Shown here piece by piece: positions 28,294 to 36,456 of a DNA stretch of 64,000 nt. Position numbers and translations under genes: made by a program. Source of the stretch: Candidatus Micrarchaeia archaeon (lineage in GTDB: Archaea; Micrarchaeota; Micrarchaeia; CABMEP01). The notes under the pieces were generated by a model. It had not been told where the DNA came from. It did no database searches and was given only the letters and a program-made list of their open reading frames with translations. Location: NCBI GenBank assembly GCA_038886535.1, contig JAVZXS010000002.1, positions 70,673-134,672 of the forward strand, given 5' to 3'. Each line of letters begins with the position of its first letter. The stretch's first letter is position 1.

Positions 28294-29436
28294 TTATTCA
28301 TTTTCTGGCTTTCCTGGATAAAGATCGCCTTCTTGTATTTGTATAGATATACTTCTAAGTTTTCCGAATCCACTTCTTTTACCTTTTAATTTATCTTTTT
28401 CTTGTTTTATCTTCTTATCAGCTTCTTTAAGTATGTCTTTAAGCACTGCAAATAACTTCCAGCCATGCGAGCTTACTTCAAATGTCTTCTTGCCAGTTAC
28501 AAGCATTTTCATTGTATATTTGTGCCTCCTTCCTTCTGGAGAATATTTCTTTATATTTAATCTTACGAATTCAATCGGCATTATTTGTTCAAATGAACTT
28601 GCAAATTCGTTTATTTCATTATATATATCTTGTTTGTATTGTTTATCCTCTTCATCAAGTCCTATTATTTCAATCACAGTTGCGTGTTTTGGTATTGCAC
28701 TCTTTATTATGTCGATTGCAGTTATTATTCCTATTTTATCATCTCCTTCGACAAGAAGAGACGATATTTGATTTTTTTTCATAATCTTTGCAGCTTCTCT
28801 TAGCGATGTAGAAGGAGAAGTTTTTATCAATTTTGGAGAAGAACCAACTACTGTTTGAAGTAAAATCGAACTCGTTTTTTCCTTTTCTCTTCCCATTGGG
28901 ACTTTGGTTTTTACTTTTTGCAGGAGTGGAAGTATATCTATACTACTTAAAATTGCAACAGGTTTTCCAGCATCGGTTATTACTAGATGGTGTTTTCCTG
29001 TTTTTCTCATCAAAGCAGCTGCTTTAGATACATTTTCTTTTATATCCATCTTTTCGATAGGCATGTTCATAACATCTTCAACTTTTAGAGGTGGAATTTT
29101 GTCTTCAGCTATCAATTCTTCTAAAATATCAGTATTTTTTACAATTCCAATTATTGAATCACCATCAACAATCGGTAGTTCTCTGTATCCATCAACGAAC
29201 ATAGAGATCTTTCTTTCTATTGAATCTCCTTCCTTCAATAGAGGAGCTTTCCATGCATGTTTTTCAACCTTTGCATCTGGAGAATATTGGATTGTTTTTA
29301 GAGTTCTATCCGATATGATTCCAATGTATTTTCCATTTTTCTGAATTATTATAGTCGTTATACCTTGCTCTATCAATTTAGCTGCCTTCGCCATTGTTTC
29401 TGTAGAATCAAGTATCGTTGCGGGTCTTATAATCAT
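28294..29436 (-). CDS. CBS-domain (two Bateman modules) protein with C-terminal HPF/RaiA-like domain
   Basis: There are four CBS motifs in aa ~1-247 (e.g. YIGIISDRTLK, IIGIVKNTDILE, PVAILSSIDILP, KIGIITAIDIIK). Aa 252-352 (nt 28381-28683) follow a beta-alpha-beta-beta-beta-alpha pattern ending in KQEKDKLKGK, like HPF. A tandem SD-like duplication (attttcacct x2 on the + strand, 29437-29458) lies just upstream. Confidence 0.6.
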   Translation of the reverse strand: MIIRPATILDSTETMAKAAKLIEQGITTIIIQKNGKYIGIISDRTLKTIQYSPDAKVEKHAWKAPLLKEGDSIERKISMFVDGYRELPIVDGDSIIGIVKNTDILEELIAEDKIPPLKVEDVMNMPIEKMDIKENVSKAAALMRKTGKHHLVITDAGKPVAILSSIDILPLLQKVKTKVPMGREKEKTSSILLQTVVGSSPKLIKTSPSTSLREAAKIMKKNQISSLLVEGDDKIGIITAIDIIKSAIPKHATVIEIIGLDEEDKQYKQDIYNEINEFASSFEQIMPIEFVRLNIKKYSPEGRRHKYTMKMLVTGKKTFEVSSHGWKLFAVLKDILKEADKKIKQEKDKLKGKRSGFGKLRSISIQIQEGDLYPGKPENE

Positions 29437-29469
29437 ATTTTCACCTCAATTTTCACCTTAATTTAAAAA

Positions 29470-29742
29470 TCATTTTCTTTTCATAAATGATTTTAATAAG
29501 AAAAAATTACTATCAGACATTATACATTCAATCTCATTTTTTATTCCGATCGTATCATATACTATAATTTTCACCTTTACTTTTCCAAGTTCCTTTCTCT
29601 CTATAATCATCAAGTCATAGAGATAACCTATAGGCACATTAAGTTTTAGATCTTTATGCCTAATATTGATATTTTCCTCATCTGCTACAATTTCTCCAGC
29701 GGGAGTTCCGAACACATCAGAAAAAATAGGTATTTTTACCAT
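29470..29742 (-). CDS. Hypothetical small protein
   Basis: It is a 90-aa ORF co-directional with the CBS gene. I recognise no family and see no SD. Confidence 0.35.
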   Translation of the reverse strand: MVKIPIFSDVFGTPAGEIVADEENINIRHKDLKLNVPIGYLYDLMIIERKELGKVKVKIIVYDTIGIKNEIECIMSDSNFFLLKSFMKRK

Positions 29743-29793
29743 ATTTCTTTTTTGTTGCGAACCATTTAAAAATTATACCCTTAACATATTTTT

Positions 29794-30303
29794 ATGGCAA
29801 AATTGAAATATTTTAAATCTTTAAAAGGTCAAGCAGCAACAGAATTTTTATTTACTTACGGTTGGGCAATACTTTTAGTGCTTGTTATAATGGCGATTCT
29901 TTATTCTTCCATATTCAAACCTGAATTCTATGTTGCAGAAAGATGTGACATTGGTCCAGGTATAGCCTGTGATATGTTTTATCTAAATAAAACTTCATCA
30001 GGTCTCAATTTTACTCTTTACGCCCATAACTCACTAGGATTCGATGTTAATATAACAAGCTTAAATTTCACATTGCATGATAGGATTAACAATCAAAAAT
30101 ATGTTAAGACAGTATATTTATCTAAAACTATAAAAGATAAAGAATCATTTAGTGCAAATGTGCTCTTCAACGTGGATAATTTAGATAGTGTAGTTCCTGG
30201 AACTCTGTATTCGATATACTTTACGATTAACTTCAAAAATAATGAAATAAGCTCTCCTCCAGAGCATGTAACAGCCGGAATAATAAACGTAAGAGTTTCC
30301 TAA
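29794..30303 (+). CDS. Archaeal type IV pilin-like protein (class III signal peptide)
   Basis: MAKLKYFKSLKG/QAATEFLFTYGWAILLVLVIMAILY has the same KG/Q-x-A-x-E processing-site pattern as the 27812 gene. Confidence 0.65.
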   Translation: MAKLKYFKSLKGQAATEFLFTYGWAILLVLVIMAILYSSIFKPEFYVAERCDIGPGIACDMFYLNKTSSGLNFTLYAHNSLGFDVNITSLNFTLHDRINNQKYVKTVYLSKTIKDKESFSANVLFNVDNLDSVVPGTLYSIYFTINFKNNEISSPPEHVTAGIINVRVS

Positions 30304-30330
30304 TATTTTAGATTAGCAATGTGATTTATA

Positions 30331-31149
30331 ATGAGAATACCGATCGCAACAGGCACATTTTATCCAAGTGACAAATCAATTTTGAAAGAAATATGTAGAA
30401 GCATGTTCAATTTCAAAGTAGAACATTTCAATTCTATTTCTGCCCTATTCGTTCCAAACGGTAGATTCGATGTTTTCAAGGATATGTACATTCAGGCATA
30501 TGCGCATCTTTTGAACATTCCTGAATCAACCAGCTTTATTTTTATTTCCGACAATAAGATGAAAAGAGGAAAACCAGTTTCCATTTCAAATGAAGATTGG
30601 TTCACTTCTTTAGGAAAGGTTACATATGATAAGGATTTAGGGGAGCAAATAAAAAAGCATTCATCATTCGCTGAATTTGACATCTCAGCGCATGCGTTTG
30701 AATACTCAATAGAGACGCAACTCCCATTTATTCAATCCATAACAAACAATCCTAAAATGGTTGCAATATCAATTTCAACATCAAATGAATCTGTTGTTAA
30801 AGATCTTGTAAACTCAATTCAAAACTCCGCTAACATCTTAAACAAAAATATAGTTCTAATTGCTACTTGTCAGATGCTTAGATGTAGATCATTACAAGAA
30901 GCAGAATTAAAAATGAGTGAGGTTATAGAAATTATAAATAATTATGACGTGTATTCAAAGAAAAATGATGATTCATTGTTCAATTATTTCCTCAATCAGG
31001 AATGTATGGTGAACCCAACCGTTTTTTTAATTCCATTAATGTATTCTATTAAAAACAATTTTAGACCAAGAATCTTATCGCAGAAAACAATCAAAACAGG
31101 AGTGAAGGAGGAAATTGAAGTATACTCATCTATCGCATATGTAAAATGA
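30331..31149 (+). CDS. Divergent Memo-like paralog lacking the metal-ligand residues
   Basis: IATGTFYPSDKSILKEI and HAFEYSIETQLPFIQ align with AVAGSFYPSSKKEVEHM and HLYEHSIEVQIPFLQ of the 17784 gene. However, SPHAGY is replaced by VPNGRF, GPNH by SDNK, and SDFSHY and CGYGP are absent. Confidence 0.55.
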   Translation: MRIPIATGTFYPSDKSILKEICRSMFNFKVEHFNSISALFVPNGRFDVFKDMYIQAYAHLLNIPESTSFIFISDNKMKRGKPVSISNEDWFTSLGKVTYDKDLGEQIKKHSSFAEFDISAHAFEYSIETQLPFIQSITNNPKMVAISISTSNESVVKDLVNSIQNSANILNKNIVLIATCQMLRCRSLQEAELKMSEVIEIINNYDVYSKKNDDSLFNYFLNQECMVNPTVFLIPLMYSIKNNFRPRILSQKTIKTGVKEEIEVYSSIAYVK

Positions 31150-31165
31150 TAGAAAAGGTGGTTTT

Positions 31166-32179
31166 ACGTCTATAGAGAAAAGAAAGTTAGACCACATATC
31201 AATTTCAATTAAACAAAATGTTTCTTATTCAACAATCTCAGCTGGTTTTGATGATGTGGTGATTCCACACGATTCTCTTCCAGAGATTAGTCTAGAACAG
31301 GTAGATTCAGGCATTCATTTCTTAAAAAAAGATATTTCAGCACCTATAATGATTGATGCAATTACAGGTGGCTTTAAGGGCGCAGAAAAAATTAACCAAT
31401 GTCTTGCAGAGGCTGCAGAAAAAGAAGGAATTATCTTTGCATTGGGATCTCAGAGAGCAATGATTGAAAATCCAGACTTGGCTTACACATACAAGGTAAG
31501 GAAAGTTGCTCCAACAATACCTATAATTGGAAACATCGGTATCGCAAACGTAAATAAACAGGTCATCAGTAGGCTTGATTCTGCATTGAAGGAAGTTGAT
31601 GCAGATGCGTTGGCAATTCATCTAAATCCACTTCAAGAAGCCATACAGAGTGATGGTGATTTAGATTTTAGAGGCAAGTTAGAGATTATAAATGAAGTTT
31701 GTGATAGTATAGATATTCCAGTTATTATTAAAGAAGTCGGACACGGGATGTCGGAAGAAACTCTTAAAAAGATAGAAAAGACAAAGGCAGAGTTCATAAA
31801 TGTGGCAGGTGCAGGTGGCACGTCCTGGACAAAAATTGAAAATTTAAGAAACCAAGAAGGCGTTAAATCTTTTAATGAAGACGGTGTTCCAACAGTAGTT
31901 TCTCTGATAAATGCAAAAAGATTGACAAAAAAGAGAATTATTGCTTCTGGAGGGATAAGAAGCGGAATAGATGTTGCTAAATCTTTGTGCCTTGGTGCAG
32001 AAGTGGGTGGTGCCGCATTGCCATTCTTAAAGGCATATAAAGAAAATAGGGTCCAATCTTTAATAAAAAGTTGGAAACATGAGCTAAAGGTATTTATGTT
32101 CACACGTGGAATATGTAGAATCAGTGATCTTAAGAAATTGAAGCCAAAGATAATAGGAAAGACAAAGGATCTTCTCTAA
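31166..32179 (+). CDS. fni: Isopentenyl-diphosphate delta-isomerase type 2 (FMN-dependent)
   Basis: It has IEKRKLDHISI.., FDDVVIPHDSLPE, APIMIDAITGG, NVAGAGGTSW and ASGGIRSG. The conserved N-terminus lies upstream of the first canonical start (GTG 31256). The start shown is the in-frame ACG, 3 nt after SD aggtggt, and is uncertain. Confidence 0.85.
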   Translation, partial: TSIEKRKLDHISISIKQNVSYSTISAGFDDVVIPHDSLPEISLEQVDSGIHFLKKDISAPIMIDAITGGFKGAEKINQCLAEAAEKEGIIFALGSQRAMIENPDLAYTYKVRKVAPTIPIIGNIGIANVNKQVISRLDSALKEVDADALAIHLNPLQEAIQSDGDLDFRGKLEIINEVCDSIDIPVIIKEVGHGMSEETLKKIEKTKAEFINVAGAGGTSWTKIENLRNQEGVKSFNEDGVPTVVSLINAKRLTKKRIIASGGIRSGIDVAKSLCLGAEVGGAALPFLKAYKENRVQSLIKSWKHELKVFMFTRGICRISDLKKLKPKIIGKTKDLL

Positions 32180-32195
32180 TTTGAGTGTTTCTATA

Positions 32196-32245
32196 CTACC
32201 TAAATCTGCTAAAAACATATTTTCTACCCTAATGTGCTAAAAACA
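32196..32245. repeat. Two 22-nt direct repeats (19/22 identical) upstream of the GluRS gene
   Basis: The copies are ctacctaaatctgctaaaaaca (32196-32217) and ctaccctaatgtgctaaaaaca (32224-32245), with a 28-nt period, 58 nt upstream of ATG 32303. Confidence 0.7.
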
Positions 32246-32302
32246 CAAAAGTTATATTTCTATACGAAGAATTAATTATATCATGTTTTTTTGAGTGATC
32301 TT

Positions 32303-34000
32303 ATGGATGTAAAAGAGATAGCAAGGAAATGGGCATTAAAGAATGCATTTGATTATGGAAAAGCAGATGTTGGTGCAGTTGTAGGGAAAGTAATTGCAGA
32401 GTATCCAGATGTAAAGAAAGATATGAAGTCAAATATGCAGATAATAAATTCTGTAGTTCAGGAAGTAAATTCAATGAATAGAGAAATGATAGAAGAGGAA
32501 GTATCAAAATTTAATTTCGGTGAAAAGAAGAAAGAAGAAAAGAAAGGAGTAAATCTACCACCACATATAGAAGGAAAGGTTGTAACGCGTTTCGCTCCTG
32601 AGCCTTCCGGTTATCTCCACATAGGCCATGCAAAGGCATGCCTTATAAGTTGGCAAGGTGCTAGGGAACAGAATGGAAAGTTCATACTTAGGATAGATGA
32701 CACCAATCCAGTACTGGCAAAGCAGGAATTTGTGGATGCATTGAAAGAGGATTTGAAATGGCTAGGTGTAGATTGGGATACAGAGTGTTTCACTTCTGAT
32801 TTTATGGAGATGTTTTACAATTATGCATTTGATCTAATAAAAATGGGTAAGGCATATGTCTGTGAATGCGATGGAGCCACTATAAAGAAAAACAGAGAGG
32901 AAAAGAGAGAGTGTCCTTGCAGGAATAAGCCTGTTATAAAGAATGTCAGAGACCTTGAGAAAATGATTGACGGGGGATTCAAGGAAGGAGAAGCAGTTCT
33001 TAGATATAAGGGAAACATGGCTGCGCTTAACACGGTGATGCGTGATCCAACTTTGATGAGAATAATAGAGGAAAGGCATTTCAGACAGGAAGACAAGTAC
33101 ATTGCATGGCCTTCTTATGACTTTGTGACACCTATTCTTGATGCAATACAAGGTGTGACTCATGCAGTTAGATCAAAGGAATATGAGCTTAGAGATGAGC
33201 TTTATTATTCATTGATAAAGGATTTTGGACTTAGACAGCCGATTATTGTTTCAATCTCACGACTTGTCATAAAGAATAACACCACTCAAAAGAGAGTTAT
33301 AAGGAAGCTTGTACAGGAAGGAGTTATAAGCGGATGGGATGATCCAAGACTTCTTACAATGAAGGCAATAAGAAGGAGAGGGATTCAGCCAGAAGCACTT
33401 AGGGAATTTGCACTTTCATTTGGAGTAAGCAAATCAGAATCAAAAGATGCCACATTAGAACAGCTGTTTCATAAGAACAAGCAGATACTTGATCCTATTT
33501 CAAAGAGGCTTCATTTTGTTAGAAATCCCGCTATAATTGTAATAGATGGATTTAGAAGCCAAGCAGTTCTTCCATTCCATCATGAAAATGATCTTGGCTC
33601 CAGAAACCTAGTTATAAATGAAAAGGTTTATGTCGAGCTTGAAGACGTCAAAATAGGTGAAGAGGTCAGGCTTAAGGATCTCTGCAATTTAAGAATAGAA
33701 TCAAAGATAAGCGATACTCCATATCCAACATTTCGCGGGGTTGAGGTGAAATCAGATTATCTCCCAGAGAAAAAGATACAATGGGTTCCAGTAGACTCTG
33801 CTGTTAAGATAAAGGTTGAGAAGCCTCTTGATCTACTAGAAGGAGACATCCCTGCAAAGAATAGCATGCAAATAGATGAAGGATTTGCTGAAGAATTCGT
33901 AAATGAGCTGAAAAAAGGAGAGATAGTGCAATTCATAAGATATGGTTATGTTATAAAAGACAGAGAGGAAGAGGTTCCTGTTTTTATATTCACATCATAA
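32303..34000 (+). CDS. gltX: Glutamyl-tRNA synthetase (archaeal type)
   Basis: It has the class I HIGH block RFAPEPSGYLHIGHAKA and LRIDDTNP, and the size is ~565 aa. SD gagtgatc lies 2 nt before ATG 32303; the track start is TTG 32291. Confidence 0.9.
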   Translation: MDVKEIARKWALKNAFDYGKADVGAVVGKVIAEYPDVKKDMKSNMQIINSVVQEVNSMNREMIEEEVSKFNFGEKKKEEKKGVNLPPHIEGKVVTRFAPEPSGYLHIGHAKACLISWQGAREQNGKFILRIDDTNPVLAKQEFVDALKEDLKWLGVDWDTECFTSDFMEMFYNYAFDLIKMGKAYVCECDGATIKKNREEKRECPCRNKPVIKNVRDLEKMIDGGFKEGEAVLRYKGNMAALNTVMRDPTLMRIIEERHFRQEDKYIAWPSYDFVTPILDAIQGVTHAVRSKEYELRDELYYSLIKDFGLRQPIIVSISRLVIKNNTTQKRVIRKLVQEGVISGWDDPRLLTMKAIRRRGIQPEALREFALSFGVSKSESKDATLEQLFHKNKQILDPISKRLHFVRNPAIIVIDGFRSQAVLPFHHENDLGSRNLVINEKVYVELEDVKIGEEVRLKDLCNLRIESKISDTPYPTFRGVEVKSDYLPEKKIQWVPVDSAVKIKVEKPLDLLEGDIPAKNSMQIDEGFAEEFVNELKKGEIVQFIRYGYVIKDREEEVPVFIFTS

Positions 34001-34025
34001 ACTCAATCCAATTTTTAGTGATCAT

Positions 34026-34916
34026 ATGATACGTATTGTTGTCTTAGGTTCTGGGGCTGCTATTCCATCTCCAGAAAGAAACCTTACCTCTATAGCACTT
34101 AAATATGAAGGTAAGGTATTCCTTTTTGATTGCGGAGAGGGAACTCAAAGACAGATGATGAAGTACAAGATCAGTTACTCAAAGGTAAAAGCAATTCTAG
34201 TCTCTCATCTTCATGGGGACCATATATTCGGAATACCTGGATTACTATACACTCTTTCAATAGATGAAACTCCAAGAACCGAGCCTTTGCTTATAATCGG
34301 GCCGAAAGGAACTGAAAAAAGAATAAGAGAGCTTGTTTCCAAGGAAATTCCATTTTTGAAAATAGAAGAAGTCGATGAAGGATGGAAGATGGATCTCGGT
34401 GATGCAGTTATTTATCCATTCAGAACTAAACATTTTGAAAATGGAATTTCTTTGGGATATGTTTTCGAGGAGAAAGAAGGATTAAAATTTGATAAGGAAA
34501 AATGTGAGAGATTAGGAATAAAGGGAAGAATGTTTAAGATTCTGGAGAATGAAAAAAGAATAACAGTGCACGGGAAAACAATTAATATAGAGGATGTTAC
34601 ACATAAGAAAAAAGGAAGAAAAATCGTTGTGTCAGGAGATACCTCCTACTGTGAGAATACAATAAAATATGCAAGAAATGCAGACATACTATTCCATGAG
34701 GCAACTTTCATGGAGGACAAAAGAGATAAGGCAGATGAGGATTATCACTCTACTGTACAGGATGCTGCAAAGGTTGCAAAAGAAGCAGAAGTCAAAAAAC
34801 TGGTTTTATACCATATTGGAAATAGATATACTGATGAGAAGGAAATAGAAAAGGAGGCAAAACAAATTTTTCAAAATACAGTAATAGCAAAAGACGGTTT
34901 AGAAATACATATTTAA
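34026..34916 (+). CDS. rnz: Ribonuclease Z (tRNA 3' endonuclease)
   Basis: It has LGSGAAIPSPERNLTSIAL, FDCGEGTQRQM and SHLHGDH, and a C-terminal HEATF..HS block. Confidence 0.9.
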   Translation: MIRIVVLGSGAAIPSPERNLTSIALKYEGKVFLFDCGEGTQRQMMKYKISYSKVKAILVSHLHGDHIFGIPGLLYTLSIDETPRTEPLLIIGPKGTEKRIRELVSKEIPFLKIEEVDEGWKMDLGDAVIYPFRTKHFENGISLGYVFEEKEGLKFDKEKCERLGIKGRMFKILENEKRITVHGKTINIEDVTHKKKGRKIVVSGDTSYCENTIKYARNADILFHEATFMEDKRDKADEDYHSTVQDAAKVAKEAEVKKLVLYHIGNRYTDEKEIEKEAKQIFQNTVIAKDGLEIHI

Positions 34917-35024
34917 TCAGAGTGACTTTTTAGTTAGAGTTACTTTTAGTAGATTGACCAAAAATAACAGATAAATAACAATGTTATAAAGAAATAAGCA
35001 AAAACAAAAAAATAAATAAAGGAA

Positions 35025-35405
35025 TTACGCCGCGGGCTCTTTCGGCTTTTCTTCTTTTACAACTTCGATTTTTGATCTAAGTGCGCGTAAAACACCAGCT
35101 GCACGAACTCTATTGAAGTTTGCGATTTCATTAAGTACATCTGCTTCAACATCCTCAGGAAGTTTCTTTTCTTTTTGCCATAATTGCTGTCCTTTTTTTG
35201 CATCGCTAGTCTCTGCAAGTATCGTGCCTTTTATTGTCATGGTGCCGGATTTTTGTTTGTATTCTATGTGGAAGGTGTATTTTATTTCAAGAATCTCTTT
35301 CTTTGCCTTTACACTATTAAGCTTGATTGTAATTTTGCCACCTTCTTCTAGCTTCTCTTTTTCCTGCTTGAATTCAAAGTAATCTATCTGGTGTTCACGT
35401 ATCAT
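35025..35405 (-). CDS. Hypothetical protein
   Basis: SD ggagtgat lies 4 nt before ATG 35405; the track start GTG 35414 is inside the SD. I recognise no family. Confidence 0.45.
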   Translation of the reverse strand: MIREHQIDYFEFKQEKEKLEEGGKITIKLNSVKAKKEILEIKYTFHIEYKQKSGTMTIKGTILAETSDAKKGQQLWQKEKKLPEDVEADVLNEIANFNRVRAAGVLRALRSKIEVVKEEKPKEPAA

Positions 35406-35438
35406 TTTTATCACTCCTATTAATTGTTGATTATTTGC

Positions 35439-35594
35439 TTATGCCTTTACAAATTTGAATACCTTGCCGTCACATTCTGGGCAGGTTCCCACAAGCTGTG
35501 CCCTCTCTCCAGTCTTTGTCTTCAATGTCTTTTTTTCAAATTTGTCTACTTGAACCTTATTTCTGCATTTCATGCAGTAAAATTCTTCTGCCAT
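35439..35594 (-). CDS. Small zinc-ribbon protein (DUF5679-like)
   Basis: It translates to MAEEFYCMKCRNKVQVDKFEKKTLKTKTGERAQLVGTCPECDGKVFKFVKA, with C-x2-C...C-x2-C. A strong SD ggagggatc lies 3 nt upstream of this internal Met. Confidence 0.55.
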   Translation of the reverse strand: MAEEFYCMKCRNKVQVDKFEKKTLKTKTGERAQLVGTCPECDGKVFKFVKA

Positions 35595-35696
35595 ATAGAT
35601 CCCTCCATCGTCTTTGCTAAAGATGAATGCATCAGACGTTAATATAACTACTGACAACTAATATCCAAAATTAAATTATTGATCATCTAGAAATAA

Positions 35697-36356
35697 TCAT
35701 ATCATTATAGAATCATCAGGTTTCATAATTATGACTTTTCCTCTTGAAACCCTTCTTGCAAAATCATTAACATCCTGAGTTATTCTTTCAAATGTATTAT
35801 AATGCATTGGAATTATGTATTTGGCTCTAAAAAGCTTTGTTGAGTTTGCAGCATCGAGTACATCCATTGTATAGCTTCCACCTATTGGAATCATAGCATA
35901 GTCAACATCTATCTGCATCATTTCATTGAATTGATAGGTGTCACCTGCATGATATATCTTTACTTTGTCATTGATTATGTATCCCACTGGATATTTTGAT
36001 TGAGGATGAGAAGCCTTGACAACAGTTATGTCTATTCCTCTGACTTGGAAGCTGTCACCAATCTCAACAGCTATCTTCTGCCTTTCGTTTATTTCTATAC
36101 AATTAATTGCTGGTTTCGGGCCTATTATGATTGCATTAGTCCTTTCTGCAAGCTCTTTTATAATTATAGGATCGCAATGATCTCTGTGCTCGTGTGTAAT
36201 TAGGATAAGATCTGCTTTTTTTATTAGATGTGGCTTAAGGACAGGTATCTTTATGTTTTCAGGTATACCGCTCCCGAAAAATGGATCAATTAATATTACA
36301 GTATCATGTAGAGACAGTTCAAAACCAGAATGTCCAAGATATCTTATATAATCCAT
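35697..36356 (-). CDS. UPF0173-family metallo-beta-lactamase-fold hydrolase
   Basis: YLGHSGFEL, ILIDPFF and LILITHEHRDHCD (HxHxDH) are present. Confidence 0.75.
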   Translation of the reverse strand: MDYIRYLGHSGFELSLHDTVILIDPFFGSGIPENIKIPVLKPHLIKKADLILITHEHRDHCDPIIIKELAERTNAIIIGPKPAINCIEINERQKIAVEIGDSFQVRGIDITVVKASHPQSKYPVGYIINDKVKIYHAGDTYQFNEMMQIDVDYAMIPIGGSYTMDVLDAANSTKLFRAKYIIPMHYNTFERITQDVNDFARRVSRGKVIIMKPDDSIMI

Positions 36357-36456
36357 CTCTATCCCCTGTTTGTTTAAATACTGACAACATTAGTGAAACT
36401 ATCTAAAATACATATATAACCTTTATATTTAAAATCCTACGTTATAATATACATTT

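Noticed and set aside
34919-34950. Tandem 16-nt units agagtgactttttagt / tagagttacttttagt directly after the RNase Z stop codon.
   Set aside because: The simplest explanation is two consecutive oligo-T archaeal termination signals. There is no evidence for an RNA gene.
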